Shown: positions 24,151 to 35,949 of the stretch, in pieces
Position numbering within the stretch: position 1 is the first letter of the stretch
Layout of the letters: every line of letters starts with the position of its first letter
Translations under genes and position numbers: made by a program
Notes under the pieces: generated by a model
What the model was told of the DNA's origin: nothing
What the model saw: only the letters and a program-made list of their open reading frames with translations
Database searches by the model: none
Assembly (NCBI RefSeq): GCF_000372725.1
Contig: NW_005201102.1
Location: 186,001 to 250,000 of the forward strand
Source of the DNA: Emiliania huxleyi CCMP1516
Taxonomy: Eukaryota
DNA: 64,000 bases
Direction of reading: 5' to 3'

Positions 24151-25397
24151 GAAAGAGTCGTGATGTCTGATGAACGAAGCCCGAGTACGGGGGCCAGGCC
24201 GCAGGCGCGGCACAGTCTGACCCACAGCGCTTGGCCGCTTTTGCGGCTTGGCGACATTGGTCACGCCCATGTGCCATGAGCCATGTGTGCGCGGTAAATA
24301 AAGCTTGTTCAATGTTCAACAACGAACAACAACAAAATGTTGACATATGTGATAGTTGGCGTCCAGTCGATGGCGGAAGTTGAGATGACATATCTTGTTC
24401 TTGTAAAGCCGTATCTTGACAACCGTTGTACGGTAGTACCTAGTGGTAGTAGTGGAACGTAGCGGCAACGGGATGTTCCAGGAAAGCGCGGACATGATTC
24501 ACGAGAAAATCGCCGCCATCCGAGCCGCGATCGAACTCCCTGTCTGTGCGTGCTCGCCTCTCACACTCGCCTCTCACACTCGCCTCTCACGCCCTTCCCC
24601 CCCCCCCCCCCCTCACGCAACCGCAGGCGGGGCGGCATGAGAAGCCGGCATGCCGCGGCTCAGCTTCAGGTGAGTTCATCTTGCCGGCGGTACCCGACGC
24701 TGCTCGAACGGCAGTTGTCGACCGCCGGCAGTTGACCGGCAAGAACCAAGATGAAGTCCACCGCACTCACAATCGGGATGTCCTGAACCGCCTCGCCGAG
24801 GCGCACAATAGTCCTCAGTCTGGCGAAGGCCAACTCTGTCATCCCGGGCCGCCGCTTACATCTCTCCCGCGACCGGTACCTCGCTTGGGAGGTACCGGGC
24901 AAATCGAGGTACTCGGCTTGAAATGAGCGGTACTGCATACCTTTACTTGTTTACAGGGTAGGGGGTAAGCGAGTCCGTGGGGGGGGGGGGGGGGGCTAAA
25001 GGGACGGCATGGACACAAAAGGCCGTGCGCGGTGCGAATCGCCGCGGAGCAGCCTGTGAAGCCCGAACCAACAATGCGCGAGATCGGCCATGCCATCGGC
25101 GATGCCATCAGCGATGCCATTGACGCCGCACTTCCTGTCCTCGCTCACATGAGAGCTTGGTCGGAAACCGTTTTTTCTCTGCTGGCCGCAGATCTATTCC
25201 AGTGTGATGTGCTGCTCTAGCTCCATACACTTGCCGTTGTCGCAGCTGTGGTATACGCAGGCCGCAACGTGTGGCGCGAATCCCGCGATCTCGCTCTCCT
25301 CTATCTGGCCTTCATGTTCCTGCTTCCCCGAATGACGTGTGAGTGTTAGAGTTGTTTGGTATTGCTAAAAATCTCCCTCTCAACAATAGATCGATGG

Positions 25398-25471
25398 TAC
25401 GTGCCTCCCTGTGTTTCTGGCCTGGCGTTTGTGCCCCGTTTGTGCCGCGTGCCGTGCCCCCGAGTTCATAT
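25398..25471 (+). repeat. ~75-nt dispersed repeat R2 (probable retroelement 3' end)
   Basis: TACGTGCCTCCC...GCCTGGCGTTTGTGCCCCGTTTGTGCCGCGTGCCGTGCCCCCGAGTTCAT is the reverse complement of 35955-36028. Confidence 0.8.
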
Positions 25472-26342
25472 TAATCAATAGATCTATGTGTGTGGTGGCG
25501 CCACAGCTGGCTATGCGCGGGCCTGCCGCTCGCCGCCGCCCTCTTTGCCGTCGTCCGCTCGCAGCTCTTCTTGCTGTCTAACCCTCGTAAAATTCTTTTG
25601 AGGCTAAGATTCTGTATGCATATCTGTGCGACCGCCTTTGGTTGTAAAATTCTTTTGCAAGCGCGCCAGTCTCGCCCAGTGTATAAATAAATAAATGGAG
25701 CAGACATCTCGCCCAGTGTTGTGCGAGGGAGTTTGCTGTGTATCGCGCGCCTTGCGGGGGGGGCGCGGAAAAGAGGAACCTCTTAGCGCCATCGCCACGG
25801 TGCTGCATGCAGCGCCGGGCGACGACGGCTTACCGCCTCCCGGTCCCCCTCGGCACACCTCCGCTGCTCAATGTTTGACGGCTCGAACCCGTGAAGCTTC
25901 CCCGTGCGCGGGTTACCCCGCACACGGGTCTGCCTGCCAGCCACGTATCCACGCAAGCGTGGTCCGCGTGCATGGCATACAGGCGTCCGCCAGACAGCGC
26001 AGAGGCTAGGCGACCGGGGAAGGACTAGCTCAAGGGCAACACAGCGTCACCAGCCGTTGGCGCGCAGAACGAGTCTGCGGCCCTCGGTTGGGACGAGTGC
26101 GCGACGCGGTTGAACCGCTCAATATGGCCGGCAGCTCGCGAATTGCTTGAAAATTCTTTTGCAAGGCGTCTCTTCGCCGCACGAGGCATCCCAAAATCAC
26201 ATGCTGAGCTGACGCTCGCCCGCCGTAGCTGCGCCAACGCCTCTCGCACCTCGTCGCGGAGCTCGTCCTGTCACGTCGACGTAGGCGCTCCTCATCAGCC
26301 TCGACGTCGGCCGCTCTCGCTCCCCATCCTGAGCGTCGTCTC

Positions 26343-28295
26343 ATGCTCTGCATGCTGCTTTTCATCGCGTCCGAGGCTCGACCGCCAGCAGGCATTGCGT
26401 CATCATTCAAGGAGCATGGCTATGTTGTCTTGCCTAATTTCTTTGTCAGCTCAGAGCTCACACTCATCCGAAAGCTCATACACTCCAGCCTGGATGTGCT
26501 CCCTTGGGAGCGCAGCATCCAACCAGGCAAAACGTGGGGCCTCACGGCTCCCGACCTCGTCGGCAGCCATGGCACATTTGCGCCACTGCTTCCGGCGGTC
26601 AGCCTATCACTTGGCAAGCCGCGGCTGCACGACGCGCTCCGCGCCGCACTCAGCGGGTCAAGCTACGTATTTGCCGACATGGGCGAGCTGCAGATCAATC
26701 GCACAAGCGGTTGGCACCGCGACATCCTGCATGGGGCCGATGCGTCCGCGTACACAAACTACGATTTGTGGGCGGAGCCAGGTTCGGGCGAAGCCTATAA
26801 CATGGTGCGACTCATCGTCTACTTTGAGGACCACGATGGCGATGGCGGCGGACTGCATGTGTACCCAGGCTCGCACCAACAAAAGGGCTGCAAATCAAGG
26901 CGCTGCAGTGGTGCACAGCCGTTTATCGAGGTGCCGCAAGAGTTACTCAAGGTGGCCACACCGACGATACTGCGGCTGCACGAAGGCGATGCTGTGCTCT
27001 TTGATATGCGCCTAATTCACCGCGACCTCTTTGACCCCGCCACGGGAGGCGAATGCACGTCCTTACAGCTGACATTTGGGGCGCGCAACGTATTCACCGA
27101 GGAGTGGCGCGCCGGAGACAAGCTGAGGAGGGCGCGCGTCCTAGCGAAAGCAATTGAGAAAGGCGCTGCAACTACGCCACTTCTTCAGGCGAATGCGGCC
27201 GGGGGCGAGGAAAGAAATACAGGAACGTGCAAACTCGTGAGGCAGGCAAGCGTCGCGCCGTGCGAGCTCGGCCGCAGCTTCGGGTGTGACGCTGCGAACG
27301 GCAGCATGTGGGTCGCCAACTGTCGCGGAACGTTTCGCTGCGCAGGGATCAAGGTGCCCTGCGGGTATCCTCCCGGTCGTCCAGCGTACAACTGCTCGTG
27401 CGCTACACCTGCTCGTGCGCAGGGCCGACGGGCGATGCGGCAGGCGAATCAGCGAACGCATTTGCGTGGCCGTGTCGTCGCGATCTGCGGCCCCGCTAGT
27501 TACGTCTCTTCATCGAGCGACGCAATGGGCATAGCACACCTCAGCAATGCGGTGGAACACGTTGTGCACCTGAACACGCGCGTAGAGGCCGGGCGGATGC
27601 GATTGCCGCCTGGGTGCTCAACGCGCTCCGACACCGTGTATCACGCCGGGGCAGTGCTTGGCGTCAAGGTGGGGGGCGTAGATCGTGCCACTGCGTACAA
27701 CGCGCTCACCGCCGAAACCGTGCGTGCCTACTACGACGGCGGGGTCCAGGAGATCGTCCTCGCCGTCGAGTCTAGAAGTGTCCAACGCACAGTCAACTTC
27801 GATGCGCTCAGCCGTGGGTTCAGCGGGTCAGGCATGCGCTTCCGCAAGCTCAAGCCTTCGGATGTTGGCGGCGACGAGCATCGACACTTGCGCACTGGCA
27901 TGAAGGCTCTGCTTGATGTGCTGCGGCAGCGCCCCGCCGCGGTGCTCTTGTTCGGCTTCGACTTCTATAGCGGCACCGACTTGGGCTTTTCAGACTATTA
28001 TCGCGGCGTCAGCTCGCCTCTATCGTCATTCCACTCTACACGGGATGAGCTGCTACTCTTCCGCCGTCTGCTGAGGCAGCATCGCAACACTCTCTTCATC
28101 GACAGCAAGCTGGCTCGAGTGCTCGAACAGCACTTTGCATTACCTTTTACCTATGCCCGCACGAGCCCGAACGCTACACTGCCGTCTTTTCTCGCGCGTG
28201 ATGTAACGCCCACCGCTTTCGTTTGGCTGTCGCCACCCGTCGCGCCGCCGGCGCCGCGGCCGATCCTTCGGTACGCTCACCGACGACCCGAATAG
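26343..28295 (+). CDS. Phytanoyl-CoA dioxygenase (PhyH)-like Fe/2OG domain, Cys-rich linker, and sialyltransferase/GT29-like domain
   Basis: FKEHGYVVLPNFF, GWHRD (HxD), GGLHVYPGSH, GDAVLFDMRLIHR. The C-terminal part has LRGRVVAICGPA...VVHLN...RTGMKALLDVL...VLLFGFDFY. Confidence 0.7.
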   Translation: MLCMLLFIASEARPPAGIASSFKEHGYVVLPNFFVSSELTLIRKLIHSSLDVLPWERSIQPGKTWGLTAPDLVGSHGTFAPLLPAVSLSLGKPRLHDALRAALSGSSYVFADMGELQINRTSGWHRDILHGADASAYTNYDLWAEPGSGEAYNMVRLIVYFEDHDGDGGGLHVYPGSHQQKGCKSRRCSGAQPFIEVPQELLKVATPTILRLHEGDAVLFDMRLIHRDLFDPATGGECTSLQLTFGARNVFTEEWRAGDKLRRARVLAKAIEKGAATTPLLQANAAGGEERNTGTCKLVRQASVAPCELGRSFGCDAANGSMWVANCRGTFRCAGIKVPCGYPPGRPAYNCSCATPARAQGRRAMRQANQRTHLRGRVVAICGPASYVSSSSDAMGIAHLSNAVEHVVHLNTRVEAGRMRLPPGCSTRSDTVYHAGAVLGVKVGGVDRATAYNALTAETVRAYYDGGVQEIVLAVESRSVQRTVNFDALSRGFSGSGMRFRKLKPSDVGGDEHRHLRTGMKALLDVLRQRPAAVLLFGFDFYSGTDLGFSDYYRGVSSPLSSFHSTRDELLLFRRLLRQHRNTLFIDSKLARVLEQHFALPFTYARTSPNATLPSFLARDVTPTAFVWLSPPVAPPAPRPILRYAHRRPE

Positions 28296-28341
28296 CGCAA
28301 CGCCGCCGTGGACCGCGTGCCGCTGCAACCTCGGTGCGGCC

Positions 28342-29591
28342 GTGCGTCTCAGCTCCGCTGGCGCGCTGGACCGGGCGCTGCGCGTGCACGCGCCGCCGGA
28401 TTGGAGCCCGAGCGCAATCGCGCCGCATCGACACCGCCATCCCAACTCCACGCTAGTCAACGTCGCGCAGCCGGGGTCGCCGCTCGGCGTGTACCGGACG
28501 TGCACGCGGCAGCTCGTGCCGCCGCGCGCCGACGTCATCGTAGTCGACGCGGCGGTCATCGACGAGCAGCGCTCCAACCTGGAGAATGTGCTGCGGCGGC
28601 TGCTCGCGCTGCAGGGCGCGCCGGCGGTGATCCTCGCCAACTTCGTGCGCTGGTGCGACCCCGAGGTTGGGCCGTGTGACGCCCGTTGCCAGCGCATGCC
28701 GGAGCACGTGCGCCTCAAGTCCAACCGCCAGATGGCCGCAGATGGTTCGTGCTACCAGCAGCCGTACCTCAACTCGAGCCTCGCGCGGGCGGCGCGGCGC
28801 GAGGCTCCGCTGAACGAGCTGGCAGACCACTACGACCTGCCCGTCCTCTCGGCGCGCGCCGCCTTCTCCGACGCCGTCGCGCGCGGCCTCGCCGGCTTCG
28901 ATCCGCGGAACCTCACGAGCGACAGCCTGCACCCGCCCTTTTGCACGCTGGACGACTTGGAGCGCGGCGGGCACGGCGCCTGCCGCGGTTCGCTGCTCCT
29001 GAGCAGCCTGGTGGTGTCGTACGTGCACTCCGTGTTCGACGCCGCCCGCTCGCCTCACGCGCACGGCGGTGGCGGAGGGGCGAGCGCCCGCCCGCTGCCG
29101 CCGCTGCTGTGGCAGCGCCGCGTAACCAGCGGCGGGGCGACGAGATCGACCAGGCGTGCTTCGCGTGGGGCGCGTCGCGAGCGAAGCCGCCCCCCGTCGT
29201 CGCCGCCGACGGCTTCCGCTACACGGAGACGGATACGGCGACGGAATGGGAGGCCGCGCCGGGGCCCGCCCGTCGGCCAAAGCCCGGGAGTCGACTGACG
29301 CTCCGCTTGGATACATCGGCGCTCTGCGCGGCGGACGCGCGAGGGCGTTGCACCGTCGCTCCGGCGCGCAGAATCTCGATCGCGCTGATGTACCTCTCGT
29401 CCTATTCGGCGATGGGACAGGGTGCAGTCACGTGCGACGGCGGCTGCTCGTGCGAGCGCACCGAGTTTGACGCGTACCGAGGCGCCGAGGCGAGCCAGCG
29501 CGACGTGTCGCTGTGGCAGGAGGTCGCCGTCGGATCGGTTGTGATGCGACCGTCCGCGGAGAGTGATCAGGCCGTAGCCTCTCGCCTCTAG
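28342..29591 (+). pseudogene. SGNH-hydrolase-like protein, frameshifted and lacking an evident GDS/GGS block
   Basis: HPNSTLVNVAQPGS, DVIVVDAAV, LENVLRRLLALQGAPAVIL, LADHYDLPVLS, DSLHP (DxxH). The C-terminal LMYLSSYSAMGQGAVTCDGGCSC lies in a second frame. Confidence 0.55.
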
Positions 29592-29799
29592 ATGAGCACT
29601 GGGTGAGTGGGATGTGGTCGTCAGACAGTGCATTGTAGACGGCGTTTGCTCGATGGCCAAGCAGGCTGCCCGCCGAGGCGGCCAAGGCCGGTGCACTTCG
29701 CGAGCTCCCCAAATATCGCAGCCTCACCGTCCCACTGCGCCGCCAAGTCGCCGGCCGTTGCGCTCTCCGCCTTTGCGCCATCGCACGAGGCCGCCGCCG

Positions 29800-32196
29800 C
29801 CGCCGTACCAGCGGTGGAGAGCGAGATGGGCAGGGCGCTCTCGCGGCTGCCTCCCGCGGCGCGCCAGCCGCACGTCGAGGCGGCCGTGCTGTCGGTGCTG
29901 GAGGACCTCACCGGCGCAGGCGGCCTCACCGCCGACACGCCGCTCATGGAGGCGGGCATCGACTCGCTCCGGCTCCCTCGTCAAGCTCAGCGTCGACCGA
30001 GCGGCTCGCGTGGCCGTGCTCGAGCTGAACGACCCCGAGCACTTCAACGCCATCAGCGCTGAGATGGCGGACGACATGCTGCGGGCGGTGCTGTGGCTTC
30101 GCTCGCAGCCGCCGACTCGAGTCAAGGCGGTGGTTCTGCAGGGGCGAGGGTCGCACTTTTGTCCAGGCGGCAATACGCACCGGCTCGGCCGAGACACCTT
30201 CAAAACCTCGACGGCGGCGGCGCGGAGGTCATCGACCTGTTTGCCGGCTTTGTCGCGCTGCGCACGCTGCCGGTCCCAGTCATCAGCGCGGTGCACGGCA
30301 CCGTGCTGGGCGGCGGCATGGCGATCGCGCTGCTCACGGACTGCATCGTCGCCTCTGAGGACGCCACCTTCCAGTACGGCGAGCTTTCGCGCGGCCTCAC
30401 GCCGGCCGGCCTCTTCACGCGCAGCCTCTCCGAGGTGGTGGGGCACGCCACTGCGATGCAGCTCTACCTGCGCGATGATAAGCTGAGCGCGTCGCAGGCC
30501 CGAGGCGTCGGCCTCGTGCAGCACGTGTGCACGACGGCGGCGGCGCAGGGTGCCGCCGGCTCGCTTCGCCTTCGAAGGCACCACGGGCGTTGCAGCCGTC
30601 GAGCTGACTGGCGTGCGGGCCTCGCTTCTCGCAAGGCAGCTCGAGGCGGCCCTTCAGGAGCTGCTCGGCATCTCGAGGCAGCAAGGCGCGCGCGCGCTTG
30701 TGCTGACTAGCACCGGCTGGAAGGGCTCTGCTAACGACTCGTCCACCGAGCTGAGTGCCGCCCTCGCCGGCCTGCTGGCACTGCATATCCCGCTCGTCTG
30801 CGCGTTGCACGGCGAGGTGAGTGGACCGGGGATGGTGCTGAGCGAGGCCGCAGATTACCGGGTCGCCGAGGCGGAGAGCAGTGCGGCTCGTGGCAGCCTG
30901 TCTCAAGAGAGCAGGCAGGGCGTCGAGGCCGCCTCGGAGCGAGCGCTCGAGTTTGCTGCGTGGCTGGCGGTACAATCGCGGGTCGGGCTGGCAGGGACGC
31001 TCGGGCTGATGCGGCAGCCCTCGCAGCGCCTGAGCCCGACAGTGCTCGCTCGTCAGCCGCTGAGGGCGGCACTAGACGCAGCTGTCCCGCGTGATGATGC
31101 CGCAGAGCCATCGGGGAGGCCCGTGGCCTACACGCTGATGCGAGCGACCGAGAGCGGGAGCGCGCCTCCTGCGGCAGCAGCAAACGAGGCACAGGTTGAG
31201 GTGAGTGGGCTAGCCTTGAGCCTCGTTGCTGCCATCGCGGAGGAGCCCAGCGTCGACCCGCTCGAGGCTCTGAGGGCGGTGTGGCAGGACCGTCGCCGCA
31301 CAACCACTCCCGATGACGACCCTCCCCCGCCTGCCCACGCCGACGAACGAGTCCAGCCCTCGGTCGTCGACCCTCGCCACCCGAGCCTCCTCCTCCTGCG
31401 GCGCGCCAAGGCAGCCTCGAAGCAGCCCCCGCTTGTCATTGCCCACGGCCTTCTCGGCGACCACCGCGGCTACGGGAGGTTGTGGAGCGGCGCCCTCGAG
31501 ACGTGCGACGTCTATGCACTCCGGAACCGTGGCCTCGACGGCTCAGAGGCTTTCGCCCTCGACCCGGCTGGCGCGGCGGCAATCTATGGTCAGCGAGTAC
31601 GCGGCTGCTCTGGTCGCTGTCTTTGCTGAGACGCCCTTTGACCTGCTCGGCGCGTCTTTTGGCGCGGTCCTCGCGCAGCACGTCGCCAACGCGGCGCGCG
31701 AGAAGGGCGGCTCTCCTCGCCGCGTGGTGCTCCTCGACCCGCCTCCCGCGTGGAGCTGCCGGTGCCCAAGATGCTCACCAGCCTCCGCCTCGCCGCCATG
31801 GGCGTGCTTCTCATACACCTCCGCGTAGAGATGGGCGCGGATGTGTGGACGCGCTTTCCCCAGCTGCGGTCTCTGCCAGAGGGCGCACTGCCTCACTTTA
31901 TCGCCGCGCAGCTCCTTCCGGCCGGGGCGTCGAGCGAGCAGGACCTCAAGGCGCTGGTCGTGCAGTTTGAGCGGCTGCTGCCCGTGTACCGCCAGTGCCG
32001 CCACGCGCTGCACATGCTCGCCGCCAACGCCAAGCCCTTCTCCACCCGCGGCGGCGGAGAGCCGGCGGTGCTGATGCCGCTCTCGACTGGCCGCTGGCCT
32101 ACCTGGCTCGAGATGTTTCCCGGCGTCACAGAGGACAGCCTCTCGCCCTACGGGCCCGCGGTCGCGCTGCGCCTCGACGTCATTAGCCGAGACTAA
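29800..32196 (+). pseudogene. PKS-type C-terminal modules: truncated ACP, enoyl-CoA hydratase (ECH), degenerate second ECH, thioesterase; multiple frameshifts
   Basis: ACP TADTPLMEAGIDSL; ECH ELNDPEHFNAIS, VVLQGRGSHFCPGGN, PVISAVHGTVLGGG; ECH2 IPLVCALHGEVSGPG; TE PPLVIAHGLLG, PFDLLGASFGAVLA (GxSxG), VVLLDPPP. Pieces are spread over about 6 ORFs without clear introns. Confidence 0.75.
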
Positions 32197-33170
32197 TCCT
32201 GGGGGAAGCAACCTTCTATGTCTATCTCATGCTTCATGACACGACACGCGGTGTGGTGGGAGCTGGTGGAGCTGTCAGCTGATCGATCCAAGCGGGTGGG
32301 GAGTGGGGGGCATGGCTGGGCATGCAAGTCCGCCAGTCGGCCCGGCCTCTGACGTGGTGCTGCCGCTGCATTCCAGCATTCGCTGAAAAAGAGAGGTGCG
32401 ACTTGATTGGAGGCACTGGAGGCGAGGCGAAGGGAGGTTGGGCCGGGCCGTGAGGGGCTGATGGCGCTGGCCAGCGCGGGGTGTGAGATGTCGTCGTCGT
32501 CGTATACTGCTGGCCCTCGCCCTCAGTTGCCAGCGAGGGCTGTGGGCTGCAGAATTGGCGTCTGTGGCGTCTGCGCAGGCTCTGCAGCGTGATGGCTGGC
32601 GGGACTGCGAGGCTGGCGGCAGCGGAAGGAGAGCTGGGCACGAGCCAGGAACAGGCTGGCCAGGTCCGCAGGTAGCTGCGCTCGGGCGAGGCGCGCGCGC
32701 GCATGGCAGGCCGAGCAGGCTCGGCATATGGTGAACCCCCGATGTCGCGATAGCGGTGCCGCTTTTCCCGCGATCATTTCGTCCGTCCAATCGAAAAGGA
32801 AGCTGGATCGCCCATGTTATGAGCCCTCGGGACGAAGAGAGGGGAGGCGGCCCCCCTCACTGCCTGCGGGGCGGCTCCGCCGCATGCTAGAGATAACCAG
32901 ATAAGGCGTCCCGGTGTGAACGTGTTCCACCTCGGAGAGAGGAGCCGCCCTCCCTTCCTCCGGTCTCCGTGTCTGTCCCGCGCACATTGTCATGGAAGGT
33001 TGAGCGCGCACATTGTAGCGACGTCATACTTAGTCCTTTTTACTGTTTACGATTCCCGACATGGTACCTCCGCGTGAGATGATCATCGTGTGTATCTCTC
33101 TCCGTACACGGACTACAGTGTAGTGTTTTGACAAACTTCTCACCATGGCATACACATAATGTTACAGTAA

Positions 33171-35823
33171 TCACAACTTCGATGGCACCGCCGGCTGCCG
33201 CGACAGCTCGGCGAGGCACAGCTCGGCGATCTTCACGTCCTGGATCGCGACGCCCGTCGAGTCGAAGACCACGAGCTCGGGGCGACTGGGCTTCGAGCCG
33301 CGCCCCCACCCTCCCTCCGCGATGCACTCGCCGAGCTCCCTCGCCTCTTCCGGGTCGAAGCCCGCTGCGACGGCGTGCTGGAGCTCGCCCTTGTCGACGC
33401 ACTGCGCCCGCGAGTCGACGACGACCAGGTCGGCCTCGATCAGCGCGCCCGCCTCGAGCTCTTGCTTGCCGGCCGAGTCCGCGCCGATCGCGAGTACGAC
33501 CACTGGCCGGCGCAGCCACGCCGTCCGGACGATGGCCGACCTCGCTGGCGTGACGGTGAGGACGATGCCCGCACCGCGGCACGCAGCCTCCGCCGACGGC
33601 GCTACCTCGGCCGCCCACCCCGCCGGCCCGCCGTCGAGCTCCGCCGCCAAGGCGCGCGCCTGCTCGGGTCGCCGCGACCACAGACGAACGGCGCGGCAAG
33701 GCGTGACCGCGGCGAGCATCCCCAGCTGGTACCGCGCCTGCACGCCGCATCCGATGACGGCGATGTGGTGCGGCTCCGCCGGCGCGAAGAGCGACGCGGC
33801 GAGCGCCCCGGCGGCGGCGGTGCGGAGCTCGGTCAACAGGCCGCCGTCGAGCAGCACGGCGAGCGGCGCGAAGGTGCGCTGCGAGAAGACGAGCACGAGG
33901 CCCGAGTTGTTGCCGCCGCCGCCGCTCGCCACCTTGGCGACGAAGACCTCGCCCCCCTCCTCGTAGGCCGACTTGATGCACGCCTGCCCGTCGCCCTTGC
34001 TGTCGCCCGAGAACCGTCCCAGCGGGGGCTGGCCCAGCGTCTGGATCGGAGGCACCGACACGCGGCCCTGCGAGTAGCTAGTGAAACCCGCGGCCAGCGC
34101 GTCGAGGATTGCACGCGGCGCAACCCGCCCCATCGCCGCCGCAACCTCTCTCTCCGAGTAGACCCGAGGAGGCGGCGACACAGCCGCCGCCACCGCCGCC
34201 GCCGCCTCCGCCTCCACCGCCTCCCCCGCCGCCTCCGCCTCCACCGCCCGCTTGACCTCGCTCGCCCACGCCTCGAGCTTGAGCTGTCGGCTCGCCGCCT
34301 TCGGGTCGCGGAGCCGGCGGAACTTCTTCGGCTTGCGCTCGAGCGCCGCGACGCGCGGGTCGTTGCACACGGCTGCGGGTAGGCCGGCCGCCGCCACGGC
34401 CTCCTCAAACTTGGCGGGGTGCGCGGTCAGCACGCAGACGACCCGCCCGCCCTCGCACGCGGCGCGGACGGACTCGACGTGGTCGAGCGCGTGCACGCCT
34501 AGTCCCATACCTCCAGAGTACCGAATCCAGAGTGTAGGCTCAGTCCGGGGGGTGGTGCGGAGCGCGTGCACGCCGATGGCGGAGTGCGGGTCCAGCGCGT
34601 ACCCGTCGGCTGCCCAAACCTCGCGCATCGTCTGCAGCGTCTGCGCGTCGCTCACGGCGCAGGAGACGAAGGTGTCCTGGACGGCGTGCAGCAGCGGCGG
34701 AGGCAGCGCGACGGCTCGGTCCGCCTCGAGCGTCGCCATGAGTGCGGCGACCGCCGTCGCGTCTCCGCCCGAGCAGAAGTAGAGGAGCCGCTCGACGTTG
34801 TACGCGAACTGGATGTCCATCGCCGGAGAGACAGTCTGCTGGTTTGCGCGCATCGACATGTCGCCCCTCGAGATGGTCCGATGCACGACATCGTTGGAAT
34901 TCGTCGCGCAGACGATCCTGCCGACCGCGCCGCCGAGCCGCTTGGCGAGCAGCCCGCCCGCGGCGTTGCCAAAGGCGCCGGTCGGGACGACAAAGTGGAC
35001 GGGCCGGTCGGAAGCGGGCGAGACCTGTTGGCACGCCCACAGGTAGTAGCCCGCCTGCACGAGCACGCGCGCCCAGTTGATCGAGTTGATCGAGCAGACG
35101 GAGTGGCGCCGCATGAAGGCCGCGTCTTCGAAGACGCGCTTGAGCGCCTCGGCCTGCTCGTCGGTGTCGCCCTCCGTGCGGTAGACGAAGACGTTCGGGC
35201 TGTCCACGGTCACCATCTGCAGCTCCTGCACGCGCGACACGCGCCCCTCCGGATACAGGCAGAAGATGCGCACCTGATCTCGGGTGATCTCGGGTGATCT
35301 CGGGTGATCTAGGGTGGCACCGCGGGTACAGGCAGAAGGAGCGCACCGCCTCGCAGCCTCGCACCGCCTCGATGGCGGCGGGGCCCGTGTCTCCGGACGT
35401 CTCGACCACGATGGTGGCGCGCTCGCCGCGCCCGCCGAGCACGTGGTTGAGCAGCCGCGCCACGACCTGCTGCCCGATGTCCTTGAAGGCGAGCGTCGGC
35501 CCGGCGCCCGTCTCGAGGAGCAGCCGCCGGCCCGCCCGCACCAGAGGCAGAGCTGGCTCGAGCCCGTTGTTGAACGAGAGGAAGGCGGCCGCGCAGATCT
35601 CCTCGCAGTCGGCGAGCGCGATGCCGGTGAAGGGCTCGAGCACGCGTGCCGTCACCTGCGCAAGCGTCATGCCCGGGTGTAGCCCGGCGATGTGGTTTGG
35701 CATCGTCGACAGTTCGGGCACGAAGAGGCCGCCGTCCGGCGCATAGGCGGAGAGCAAGATGTCGGAGAAGTCGAGGCCGTGCACGCCTCCGCGCGTGGAC
35801 TGATAGCGGACCCGTGACGGCAT
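33171..35823 (-). CDS. Fusion of a threonine-synthase-like (THNSL2-type) PLP enzyme and an ornithine cyclodeaminase/mu-crystallin domain, with C-terminal PTS1 (SKL); introns 35274-35346 and probably 34499-34573
   Basis: TS motifs: RYQSTRG, APDGGLFVPE, GPTLAFKD (PLP Lys), TSGDTGPAA, NSINWARV, VPTGAFGN, SPAMDIQ...NVERLL, DPHSA, TAHPAKF. OCD motifs in the same frame: LTELRTAAAGALA, IGCGVQAR, AIGADSAGKQEL, FDSTGVAIQD. Ends PSKL-stop. Confidence 0.9.
34505..34560 (-). mobile_element. Introner-like element, family A, copy 3 (75-nt in-frame predicted intron 34499-34573)
   Basis: + strand CCATACCTCCAGAGTACCGAATCCAGAGTGTAGGCTCAGTCCGGGGGGTGGTGCGG, between two copies of gagcgcgtgcacgcc (GVHAL is duplicated in the ORF). 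Confidence 0.8.
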
Positions 35824-35949
35824 GGCGGCGGCGACGACGGAGGGGGAGGGCTTGGGGGCGGCACTCGGTGGCGCAAGCGCGACTTTTTTTGTGTGATTTG
35901 GGCTGCATAGTAAAATTCTTTTGCTGAGGCTAATATATTAAGAATTCTT

